Shown here piece after piece: positions 16,496 through 24,960 of a stretch of 64,000 bases of DNA. The translations under genes and the position numbers were made by a program. The notes under the pieces are model-generated. The model was not told where the DNA came from, made no database searches, and saw only the letters and a program-made list of their open reading frames with translations. The stretch is from Acutalibacteraceae bacterium (GTDB lineage Bacteria > Bacillota > Clostridia > Oscillospirales > Acutalibacteraceae), in assembly GCA_963629305.1 (NCBI GenBank), contig CAVGIJ010000008.1, forward strand, positions 19,781-83,780, read 5' to 3'. How positions within the stretch are numbered: the first letter of the stretch is position 1; each line of letters opens with the position of its first letter.

Positions 16496-19438
16496 ATGTC
16501 TGAAAACAAAGATATGTCGATTGATGAGATACTTGCATCGCTCGGTGAAGAAGAACATAAAGAGGATGCCCCCGGCAGAAAGTGGTCAATGTCTGAAATT
16601 GACAATTTGCTCGGAATAGATAAGCAGGAAGAGGAAACTCTTGATAAAAAAGCCGAAGTGATAAACAATCTTTTTCATAAAACCGAAAAAGAAGCTGAAA
16701 CAGAGAGCGATTTCGGCACGGAAGATGATACTGATTCGCAGGATAGTGCCTCCGAAACCTCGGATTCCGAATACGATGAACCGGAAGTTGCAGAGCAGCA
16801 GGATGAGCCTGACACCGCAGCAACGGAATCAAGGCCTTTGTCACAGAAAACGAGGCTGTTTGTAGCAAATCAGAGTGAGCCTGTAAAAAGAAAGAAGGAG
16901 CAGGACAATCCTGACCTTATTTACGACCCGTATAGGGAAAACAGTAAAGAAGAGGAAAAAAGTGATGAGTCTGCAGATTTTGCGGAAGAAATTTCAGAGA
17001 ATCAGACTCAGATTTTAGTGGAACTCGCAGAGCCGACATTTGAGGAGGACCTTCCGGAAAATGAGGAAAAACCGCAAGAGGAGGAAACCTCAAAGTTTGA
17101 AAAGAAGGCACTTGCGCAGAAAACAGTCGGAATTTATCCGGTGAGAAACGAAAATATTGATCATCAGATAGTGACGGAAAAAATAGAGAAAAGTCATGCG
17201 GGCGGCATGGCTACAGACAGGTACAGAGAACGTTTTTTGAACGTTCCGAAGCAAAGACTTGAGCGTACCGCGGACTATGAGCGTCTTCATCACGGTGAGG
17301 AAAAGGATCCGATAGAGCGTGACGGACGTATTATAAAGAAAAGTAAGTTTACGAATACGGCTGATCTTGAACCTATACCTACTATAGTTTCCGCAGATGC
17401 GGAACTCAGCAGTGTTGATAAGACAATAGTTGCAAACGGAAAAAATCCGATAGTCCATGATGAAGATGACGGAGTTGTGGGACAGATAAAACTTGTCGGA
17501 TTCGGCGAAGAAGAAGAGATTCCGCAGATTGATGAAGACAATGCGGAGGAAGTACTCAAGGAAAAGCGTGACCAAAAGGTTGCAGCCTTTAAGCTTGATG
17601 CTGATTTCGCCGAACTTCCGGATGAATACCCGAATGACGGGGAATCGGAAGGAAACGAAAAGACTTCTGCCGCCGGAGCTCTTATAACCGATTTTATAGA
17701 TGATGAATACGAAAAGCCGGAAGACAAAAGCAGAATAATAAGAGAACTTGCGAGTGCAAAGAAGGTATCCGGTATAACCGCAATCATACAGGCAGTTCTC
17801 ACTGTTGTCGCACTCATAATAACAGGAATTGTTTCAAAGAGTGGCGGAAATCTTGAGCTTATCGGCGGAAGCGCAATTGTATGCGGCGTTATAAACGTTG
17901 CTATATTGCTCATGGCTGCTTTTTGCGGAGTCAGCACACTTGCGCGCGGTGTAAAGGGGCTTTTATCCATGAAGCCAAATGCCGCAACGGGAACCTTTAT
18001 CGTTACGGTTGCATGTCTTATTGAAGATTTGGTGGTAACATTCTTTACATCTGACGCGTATACCACGGTTTCACTTTATACGGCAGCCGGATGTCTTGCG
18101 CTTACATTGTCTACTGTGGCAAGGTATCTTGCAGTTGCCAGAACTTACGGAAACTTCGAATTCGTCACAAACGGGACAAAACTCTACAGCTCCGAGAAGA
18201 TTTCCGGTGAGGATGATGCATTTGAAATCGGAAGAGGTCTTCTTATAGGAGATCCTGAGATTTGCTACAATGCTCAAATGGACAGACCGTCGTATTTTAT
18301 AGAAAATTCATTTGAAGATGATCCTGCCGACGATTACGCAAAACGCCTTATTTATCCGGTAACCGGTGCAGCTCTTATTATGGCGGTCATCTTCGGAATA
18401 ATCAGACATGATGCGATATTTGCAGTCGGTGTGTTTGCGGCTGTGTGCAGTATAGGGATTCCCGCATTTTCGGCAATCGCATCAAATATCGCCCTTTTTG
18501 CTATCAACAAGGGATTTAACAAGAGCGGTGCTGCCATAGTGGGACACAGAGCAGTGGCAGACAGCGTAGACGTAAATGCATATGTCCTTGACAGTACGGA
18601 TATTTTCCGAAAGGGCTCATGTAACATAATCGGTATAAAAACATTCCAGAACATGCGAATTGATGATGCAATTCTTTATGCGGCAGCACTGGTGATTGAA
18701 TCAGGCGGACCACTTGCGGATATTTTCGACGGGGTTATTCTCGGAAAGAAAGACTTGCTTCCTCCGGTTGAATCGCTCGCGTATGAGGAGCGTCTCGGTC
18801 TTTCGGCGTGGATTCACGGGAGACGCGTACTTCTCGGAACAAGGGAACTTCTTATCAATCACAATGTAGATGCGCCCGAAAGAGATTTTGAAGCACAGTA
18901 TACGCACGATGGCAGAAAAGTCATTTATCTCGCTATTGCAGGAAAAATATCAGCTATGTTTGTTATAAAATATCAGGCGGACAGACATATGAGAAAATAT
19001 CTTCAGAACGTAGACAAGGCCGGCGTGTCGTTGCTTGTACGCTCATGCGATTGCAATATAACGGAAGAAATGATTTGCAGATTCTTCGGACTTCCGCTCT
19101 CGGCAGTAAAAATTCTCAGCCCTGTCTCCGGAGATATTTTTGAAAAGTACAGAGAGGAAGAAATTGAAACCGCACCTGCGGGAATAATCCACAATGGAAC
19201 TATTGAAGCCTCTCTCAAGTCAATCTATGAGGCGCGCGAGCTGCAGGACAATGTATCTGTGAATAACTTAGTTGCCGCTATTTACTCCGGAATTGCACTT
19301 GTACTTTTCATTATTCTCGGTGTGCTTGCGGGAAAAGAGGGCTTTGGAATAACCGGTGGACAGATTGTGCTTTTCCAGATTCTCTGGAGTGCAATTGCGA
19401 CGGCGATTCCGCTGCTTAAACATCGGCTTGACAAATGA
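16496..19438 (+). CDS. Large membrane protein: acidic disordered N-terminus plus a P1B-type ATPase-like body with degenerate catalytic motifs
   Basis: The first 400 aa or so are extremely rich in D, E and K. The remainder is colinear with heavy-metal P-type ATPases, but the motifs read CSIGIP (where CPC is expected), YVLDSTDIF (DKTGT) and VRSCDCNITEE (GDGxND), and no TGES is present. Confidence 0.8.
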   Translation: MSENKDMSIDEILASLGEEEHKEDAPGRKWSMSEIDNLLGIDKQEEETLDKKAEVINNLFHKTEKEAETESDFGTEDDTDSQDSASETSDSEYDEPEVAEQQDEPDTAATESRPLSQKTRLFVANQSEPVKRKKEQDNPDLIYDPYRENSKEEEKSDESADFAEEISENQTQILVELAEPTFEEDLPENEEKPQEEETSKFEKKALAQKTVGIYPVRNENIDHQIVTEKIEKSHAGGMATDRYRERFLNVPKQRLERTADYERLHHGEEKDPIERDGRIIKKSKFTNTADLEPIPTIVSADAELSSVDKTIVANGKNPIVHDEDDGVVGQIKLVGFGEEEEIPQIDEDNAEEVLKEKRDQKVAAFKLDADFAELPDEYPNDGESEGNEKTSAAGALITDFIDDEYEKPEDKSRIIRELASAKKVSGITAIIQAVLTVVALIITGIVSKSGGNLELIGGSAIVCGVINVAILLMAAFCGVSTLARGVKGLLSMKPNAATGTFIVTVACLIEDLVVTFFTSDAYTTVSLYTAAGCLALTLSTVARYLAVARTYGNFEFVTNGTKLYSSEKISGEDDAFEIGRGLLIGDPEICYNAQMDRPSYFIENSFEDDPADDYAKRLIYPVTGAALIMAVIFGIIRHDAIFAVGVFAAVCSIGIPAFSAIASNIALFAINKGFNKSGAAIVGHRAVADSVDVNAYVLDSTDIFRKGSCNIIGIKTFQNMRIDDAILYAAALVIESGGPLADIFDGVILGKKDLLPPVESLAYEERLGLSAWIHGRRVLLGTRELLINHNVDAPERDFEAQYTHDGRKVIYLAIAGKISAMFVIKYQADRHMRKYLQNVDKAGVSLLVRSCDCNITEEMICRFFGLPLSAVKILSPVSGDIFEKYREEEIETAPAGIIHNGTIEASLKSIYEARELQDNVSVNNLVAAIYSGIALVLFIILGVLAGKEGFGITGGQIVLFQILWSAIATAIPLLKHRLDK

Positions 19439-19471
19439 TTTTTGCAGGTGAAAGCTAAACTTAAAAAAATT

Positions 19472-19506
19472 AAAAAAAGACCGAATGCTTGGCATCCGGT
19501 CTTTTA
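19472..19506. terminator. Bidirectional terminator between convergent genes
   Basis: AGACCGAATGC/GCATCCGGTCT hairpin flanked by A7 and T4. Confidence 0.7.
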
Positions 19507-19529
19507 TTTCTTCATTCTTATGCTGAAAA

Positions 19530-19766
19530 TCAGTCAGCTGAATATGGAAGAAGTGCAACGTGACGAGCGCGCTTAATAGCTGATGTGAGCTCGCGCTGAT
19601 GATAAGCACATGTGCCTGTTACACGTCTTGGAAGGATCTTTGCTCTGTCAGATGTGAACTTGCGAAGACGAGCTGTGTCCTTGTAGTCGATCTTGTCGAC
19701 TTTTTCTACGCAGAATGCGCATACTTTTTTACGTGACTTTTTGCCGCGTGATCTATCGAATGCCAT
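19530..19766 (-). CDS. rpsR: 30S ribosomal protein S18
   Basis: KKVCAFC....IDYKD...L..F.S.R.KILPRR.TG.C..HQR.L..AIKRAR, 78 aa from ATG 19766. Confidence 0.95.
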   Translation of the reverse strand: MAFDRSRGKKSRKKVCAFCVEKVDKIDYKDTARLRKFTSDRAKILPRRVTGTCAYHQRELTSAIKRARHVALLPYSAD

Positions 19767-19785
19767 AGAATTAATCCTCCTTAAG

Positions 19786-20235
19786 TTAGAATGGTAATTC
19801 GTCCTCCATAGCAACGGATGAGAAATCATCTGCGCCTGCAGTTGAGAATGACGGAGCAGATGTTGCTGCCGGCGAAGCTGCAGCCTGTGGCTGGAAGTTT
19901 CCGGTACCTGACTCTGCTTTTGAGCCGCAGAAACTTACGTTGTCTGCAAGAATTTCAACAGCGGTGCGCTTTGCGCCTGTCTTGTCTTCATAATTACGGG
20001 TCTGGATAGAGCCCTGTATTGCTATCATGGAACCTTTGTGGAAATAACGTGTAACGAATTCCGCAGTTTGTCTCCATGCAACAACATTTATGAAGTCTGC
20101 CTGGCGCTCCTCGCCTTGCTTTTGGTAGGAACGGTCAACTGCAACGGAAAAACTTGTAACAGAAATTCCGCTTGTAGTGGTACGAAGTTCAGGGTCAGCA
20201 GTAAGACGACCCATGATGATTGCACAGTTAAGCAT
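19786..20235 (-). CDS. ssb: Single-stranded DNA-binding protein
   Basis: MLN.A.IMGRLT.DPELR OB-fold and acidic C-terminal tip DELPF. Confidence 0.95.
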   Translation of the reverse strand: MLNCAIIMGRLTADPELRTTTSGISVTSFSVAVDRSYQKQGEERQADFINVVAWRQTAEFVTRYFHKGSMIAIQGSIQTRNYEDKTGAKRTAVEILADNVSFCGSKAESGTGNFQPQAAASPAATSAPSFSTAGADDFSSVAMEDELPF

Positions 20236-20252
20236 AGTTGTACCTCCTATGA

Positions 20253-20537
20253 TTACTTGGATGTGTTGAGGAAACGGAGAACACCGTCCGTGATTCCGAG
20301 CACACGCTCGAATTCAGCGGGAAATTCCGGTTCAGCCGAATAATCAACTACGTAGTAGTAACCCTCTGACTCGTAGTTGATGTCATAAGCGAGCTTGCGC
20401 TTACCCCACTCATCTACGTTTTCAATGGTACCATGCTTTTCGATAAGAGCTTTGAACTTCTCAAAAAGCTGCTGTGCTGCTTCGTCGCCATTCTTTACAG
20501 AGAATACGAGCATAGCCTCATAGTTTTTTGCTGCCAT
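20253..20537 (-). CDS. rpsF: 30S ribosomal protein S6
   Basis: YE.M.V........E..........I...G.I......G.R.LAY.I pattern, in the rpsF-ssb-rpsR order. ATG is at 20537. Confidence 0.95.
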   Translation of the reverse strand: MAAKNYEAMLVFSVKNGDEAAQQLFEKFKALIEKHGTIENVDEWGKRKLAYDINYESEGYYYVVDYSAEPEFPAEFERVLGITDGVLRFLNTSK

Positions 20538-20649
20538 TTCTAGCACCTCCTTTTGGTCTTTTGGCCCTGTCGCCTTATTCGGACAGAGCAAGGATTATGC
20601 GGAATAAACCGCATGCGGATATATATTATAACAACAAAGTTATCGGATG

Positions 20650-21771
20650 TCAATTGTTTTTGAGGTTTTCAAGTGACTGCATCTGAAGGTATGCATTGAT
20701 GAAACCGTCAAGATCTCCATCCATAACAGCGTTGATATTACCCATTTCAAAGCCGGTTCTTGTGTCTTTTACAAGTGTGTACGGCATAAATACGTATGAG
20801 CGAATTTGATTGCCCCAAGCAATTTCGGTTTTTACACCCTTTATATCTTCTATTTTTTCAAGGTGTTCACGTTCTTTTATCTCAATGAGTTTTGACTTGA
20901 GCATTCTCATACAAACTTCACGGTTCTGGTGCTGAGAGCGTTCAACCTGACAACATACGACTATGCCGGTTGGCTTATGTATGAGACGAACTGCGGAGGA
21001 GGTCTTATTTACCTTTTGTCCGCCGGCACCGGAAGCTCTGTAAACTTCCATTTCAATATCCTCCGGACGAAGATCAACTTCAATATTGTCGTCTATTTCC
21101 GGCATAACTTCAAGAGATGCGAAAGATGTATGACGACGACCTGCTGCGTCAAACGGCGACACACGTACCAGTCTGTGGACACCGGCTTCACTCTTCATGT
21201 AGCCGTACGCATTTTCTCCCTCAATAAGCAGTGTTGCGGATTTGAGACCTGCCTCATCTCCGTCAAGGTAGTCAAGCGTACTAACCTTAAACCCATGACG
21301 CTCGCCCCATCTGTTGTACATACGGAAAAGCATTGCCGCCCAGTCCTGGGCCTCTGTTCCGCCGGCACCGGCATGGAACGTGAGGATGGCATTGTTGTTG
21401 TCGTATTCACCGGTAAGCAGCGTGGAGAGAGTCATTGTGTCGAGCTTTGATTTGAACTCGTCAAAACTTGCGGTACATTCGTCAACCAGGGTTTCATCGC
21501 CCTCTTCATCTGCAAGCTCAATCATTACAAGACTGTCATCAAAAAGGCTGTGAAGGGACTCGTAGGATGCAACTTTATTTTTAAGCATACTCGTTCTTTG
21601 AAGCACTTTTTGCGAGTTTTCAAGATCATCCCAAAAGCCTTCCTTTGCGGCTTCGCCTTCAAGCTCTTTTATTTCATCCTTCATTTGCGAGAGACCGAGA
21701 GCTTTTTTGAGGTCCTCAAGAGGTTTCTCGTATTCAAGGAGTTTAAGTCGTAATTCTTCATATTCGAGCAT
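20650..21771 (-). CDS. prfB: Peptide chain release factor 2 (contiguous ORF, no programmed frameshift)
   Basis: SPF tripeptide (VRVSPFDA) and GGQ ([13 protein letters not shown]). The 373-aa ORF is uninterrupted from its first Met. Confidence 0.95.
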   Translation of the reverse strand: MLEYEELRLKLLEYEKPLEDLKKALGLSQMKDEIKELEGEAAKEGFWDDLENSQKVLQRTSMLKNKVASYESLHSLFDDSLVMIELADEEGDETLVDECTASFDEFKSKLDTMTLSTLLTGEYDNNNAILTFHAGAGGTEAQDWAAMLFRMYNRWGERHGFKVSTLDYLDGDEAGLKSATLLIEGENAYGYMKSEAGVHRLVRVSPFDAAGRRHTSFASLEVMPEIDDNIEVDLRPEDIEMEVYRASGAGGQKVNKTSSAVRLIHKPTGIVVCCQVERSQHQNREVCMRMLKSKLIEIKEREHLEKIEDIKGVKTEIAWGNQIRSYVFMPYTLVKDTRTGFEMGNINAVMDGDLDGFINAYLQMQSLENLKNN

Positions 21772-21918
21772 AGTTATCCGTCCTTTCCGCGCATTTTACA
21801 ATTATATAAAAAATATCTCGCCTTGTAAAGAAAAATAATGTATAATAAAGGGAACAGATTAATCACAATAAGCGAAGTAGAAAGTACATCGCTTAAACTG
21901 CATAAGGAGCAAAGATAT

Positions 21919-22896
21919 ATGAAGTACGAAAATGAGACCTGTCCTATCTGCGGAGAGAAATTTACTGCGGATTCCGACGTAGTTGTATGTCCGGAGTGCG
22001 GAACTCCTCACCACAGAGAGTGCTACCTCAAGATTAATCATTGTTGCAATGAAGATAAACATGACTCCGGTTATGTATGGCATCAGAGTGTTACTCCGAC
22101 CATTGTTAATGAAAAACCGGCGTCCAAAGAAGAGACATCGAATGTTCTGCCGCCCTTGACGCGCGAAAAAATGCCTGAGAACGGCATGGCAAGCGAAATT
22201 ACAATCGACAAAGACGGAAATCAGAGATTGGTATACAGAGAGATTCGCGCAAATGAGAGAATCGGTGACGCAACCGTTGCGGACTATGCGGCCGTTATTC
22301 AGAAAAATGTACGCAAGTTTATACCGAAATTCATGATGATGGACAGAACCGGCGGCAAAATAAGCTGGAACTGGGCGGCATTTTTCTTCGGACCGTTTTG
22401 GCTCGCTTACAGAAAGATGTGGAAGCACGCCATAATCGCGATGCTTGTTATTTCCATAATTCCGCTGGTATTCATCAAAGATATCACGGATTACTATCAG
22501 AAAGCCATGGAGGTTACGACAGAATACCTGACATCTTCCGCTTCTTCTGACGAGGAAACCATGGAAAAAGCACGTCAGGAAATGCTGGATAAGATGCCGG
22601 AAGAGCCTATGGCTATGTCAGCTTCATCATATGTTGAATTCGCGGTAAGGGTTGTATATGCTCTTTTCGGAAACTTCCTTTACAAGGCAAAGTGTGAGAC
22701 AATTATGAAAAACGCAAGAGTAAAGACAGACAACCCAAAGGCGCAGGCTGCATACATCAAACGAAAGGGCGGAAGCAGTTTGCTCTGCGTTATTGCATTC
22801 GCATTTGTTTCATACATGATTATGGCATTGGTTGTTGCCGGGGGACAACTCCTTGACACTGACCTTGCAACAATCCTACGGAGGTACGTAAAATGA
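21919..22896 (+). CDS. RING-like zinc-finger / DUF2628-type membrane protein
   Basis: CPICGEKFTADSDVVVCPECGTPHHRECY (Cx2C-x12-Cx2C-x3-HH-x2-C), then ISWNWAAFFFGPFWLAYRKMW and further TM segments. AAGGAG RBS is present. The stop overlaps the glmU start (ATGA). Confidence 0.75.
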   Translation: MKYENETCPICGEKFTADSDVVVCPECGTPHHRECYLKINHCCNEDKHDSGYVWHQSVTPTIVNEKPASKEETSNVLPPLTREKMPENGMASEITIDKDGNQRLVYREIRANERIGDATVADYAAVIQKNVRKFIPKFMMMDRTGGKISWNWAAFFFGPFWLAYRKMWKHAIIAMLVISIIPLVFIKDITDYYQKAMEVTTEYLTSSASSDEETMEKARQEMLDKMPEEPMAMSASSYVEFAVRVVYALFGNFLYKAKCETIMKNARVKTDNPKAQAAYIKRKGGSSLLCVIAFAFVSYMIMALVVAGGQLLDTDLATILRRYVK

Positions 22897-24278
22897 GTAA
22901 AAGTTGTGCAATAATACTCGCGGCCGGCGAGGGAAAGAGAATGAAGTCGAATAAACCGAAGGCACTGTCATGTGTGCTTTTTAAACCTATGATAGACTGG
23001 GTTCTTGATTCTGTTGACGAGAGCGGAATAGACGATGTTTGTGTTGTTGTAGGTCATCTTGGAGAAGCACTCGAAATTCATCTTGACGGCAAGTGCGAAA
23101 TTGCCTATCAAAAAGAACGTCTCGGTACGGGACATGCGGTCATGCAGGCTATAGACTACCTCGAAAAATCAGATGCTGAAAATGTTCTCATACTAAACGG
23201 AGATGCTCCGTTTATAGATGCCGCAACCATAGAGGATTCGCTGAAGGCACATATTTCATCGCAAAATGCGGTAACCGTTATTTCCGCAAAAATAAAGAAA
23301 CCTTTCGGATACGGACGTATCATCAGAGATGAAAAAGGTGTTTTCCAAAGCATAGTTGAACAAAAAGATACCAATGATGAGCAAAAGCATATAAACGAAG
23401 TTAATTCCGGAGCATATTGGTTTGATAAGAAGTGTCTTATTTACGCAATCTCTCAGATAAAACCGGAAAATGAGGCAAAAGAATATTACCTTACGGATAC
23501 CATATCCGAGCTTCGCAAGATAGGAAAGAGGCCCGGAGTTTTCATGACCGACAACTCAGATGTTGTTCTCGGTGCCAATGACAGAGTTCAACTTATGGAA
23601 CTCAACAGTATTGCGAGAAGACAGGTCCTGCTCAACCACCTTATGAACGGTGTGGAAATTCCCTGTGTGGACGGGATTGTCGTAGGAGCGGATGTTGAAA
23701 TCGGAGCGGGTACAGTGCTCCTTCCGAATACAATTATCAGGGGACGTACAAGGATAGGGGAGAATTGTGAACTCGGTCCGAATTGCCTTATTGACGACAG
23801 CATTGTGCATGATGATGTAAAACTCAATAACACATATGTTGAGTCTTCGCAGATTCAAAACGGTGCCGATCTCGGTCCGTATGATCACGTGCGCCCGAAT
23901 TCTATTATCGGGGCCAATGTTCATGTCGGAAATTTTGTCGAGATAAAGAATTCGAATATCGGCGACGGAACAAAGCTTCCTCATCTCTCATATATCGGTG
24001 ATTCGGATGTCGGTAAGGGCGTAAACTTCGGTTGCGGCTCTCTTACGGTCAATTATGACGGTAAAAACAAGAAGCGTACTACGGTAAAAGATCATGCCTT
24101 CATAGGGTGCAATTCAAACCTTATAGCCCCGGTGACTGTCGGAGAGTATGCATATGTTGCCGCCGGTTCGACAATAACCGACAATGTACCGGATGGAGCT
24201 CTCTCGATAGCGCGTGCAAGACAGATTGATAAAGAGGGCTGGGTCGAAAGGAAAAAGCCGTACAAGGGTATGGATTAA
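22893..24278 (+). CDS. glmU: Bifunctional UDP-N-acetylglucosamine diphosphorylase / glucosamine-1-phosphate N-acetyltransferase
   Basis: ILAAGEGKRMKS, LNGDAP, and C-terminal left-handed beta-helix hexapeptide repeats. Confidence 0.95.
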   Translation: MSKSCAIILAAGEGKRMKSNKPKALSCVLFKPMIDWVLDSVDESGIDDVCVVVGHLGEALEIHLDGKCEIAYQKERLGTGHAVMQAIDYLEKSDAENVLILNGDAPFIDAATIEDSLKAHISSQNAVTVISAKIKKPFGYGRIIRDEKGVFQSIVEQKDTNDEQKHINEVNSGAYWFDKKCLIYAISQIKPENEAKEYYLTDTISELRKIGKRPGVFMTDNSDVVLGANDRVQLMELNSIARRQVLLNHLMNGVEIPCVDGIVVGADVEIGAGTVLLPNTIIRGRTRIGENCELGPNCLIDDSIVHDDVKLNNTYVESSQIQNGADLGPYDHVRPNSIIGANVHVGNFVEIKNSNIGDGTKLPHLSYIGDSDVGKGVNFGCGSLTVNYDGKNKKRTTVKDHAFIGCNSNLIAPVTVGEYAYVAAGSTITDNVPDGALSIARARQIDKEGWVERKKPYKGMD

Positions 24279-24308
24279 TCATAGCAAAAGCAAAGGAACA
24301 GAAGAAAC

Positions 24309-24869
24309 ATGTATATTGTAGCAGGACTCGGTAACCCGGGTCCGGAGTATGAGAAAACCCGTCACAACATCGGCTTTCTCACGGTCAATGCACTTGCGGC
24401 AGATCACGGTGTGCGTATTGATCGATTGAAATTCAAAGCGCTCACCGCAAATACGGTGATAGCGGGTGAAAAATGCTTGCTGATGAAGCCTCAGACTTTT
24501 ATGAATAACAGCGGTGAGGCAATAGGCGAAGCGGCTCGCTTTTTTAAAGTTCCTCCGGAAAATATCATAGTCATTTCCGATGACATATCTTTGGAACCGG
24601 GGAAAATACGCATAAGACGTAAGGGCTCCGCCGGAGGGCACAATGGTCTTAAGAGCATAATCGCTCACCTTGGTTCGGATAATTTTCCGCGGGTTAAAGT
24701 AGGCGTTGGCGAACGGAAGAATCCGGAATCGGATCTTGCGGATTTCGTGCTCGGAACATTTTCAAAAGAGGATATTCCGCTTATGAATGATGCCATCTTA
24801 AACGCTGTGGATGCCGTTGAACTCATAGTTGCCGGTAAAACGGATGAGGCTATGAACAGGTACAACTGA
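24309..24869 (+). CDS. pth: Peptidyl-tRNA hydrolase
   Basis: GLGNPG.EY..TRHN.GF...KPQTFMN.SG...D....G..R....GS.GGHNG. Confidence 0.95.
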   Translation: MYIVAGLGNPGPEYEKTRHNIGFLTVNALAADHGVRIDRLKFKALTANTVIAGEKCLLMKPQTFMNNSGEAIGEAARFFKVPPENIIVISDDISLEPGKIRIRRKGSAGGHNGLKSIIAHLGSDNFPRVKVGVGERKNPESDLADFVLGTFSKEDIPLMNDAILNAVDAVELIVAGKTDEAMNRYN

Positions 24870-24883
24870 AAAAAATAAAGACA

Positions 24884-24908
24884 CCCCCACTTTTTAAAAA
24901 AGTGGGGG
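24884..24908. other. Perfect 12-bp palindromic hairpin after pth (no U-tract)
   Basis: CCCCCACTTTTT-A-AAAAAGTGGGGG. The lack of a trailing T-run makes a classical terminator call uncertain. Confidence 0.4.
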
Positions 24909-24960
24909 AATCACTCATTGCAATAAAACAAGATAATGAGATAAGGCAAGGAGCTACTGT

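Noticed and set aside
16550-17700. The acidic low-complexity coding region of the large P-type-ATPase-like gene, considered as a tandem repeat or a separate gene.
   Set aside because: It is a continuous ORF with no internal RBS-plus-start pattern and no exact nucleotide repeats. I treat it as a disordered N-terminal extension of the same protein.
17290-18066. Long antisense or shadow ORFs: this 258-aa minus-strand ORF, plus 61151..61855, 61971..62738, 47260..48036, 24279..24668 and 15934..16476.
   Set aside because: All lie fully inside well-supported genes on the opposite strand. They have low-complexity or Ser/Arg-rich translations, no RBS and no recognisable motifs, so they are typical shadow ORFs.
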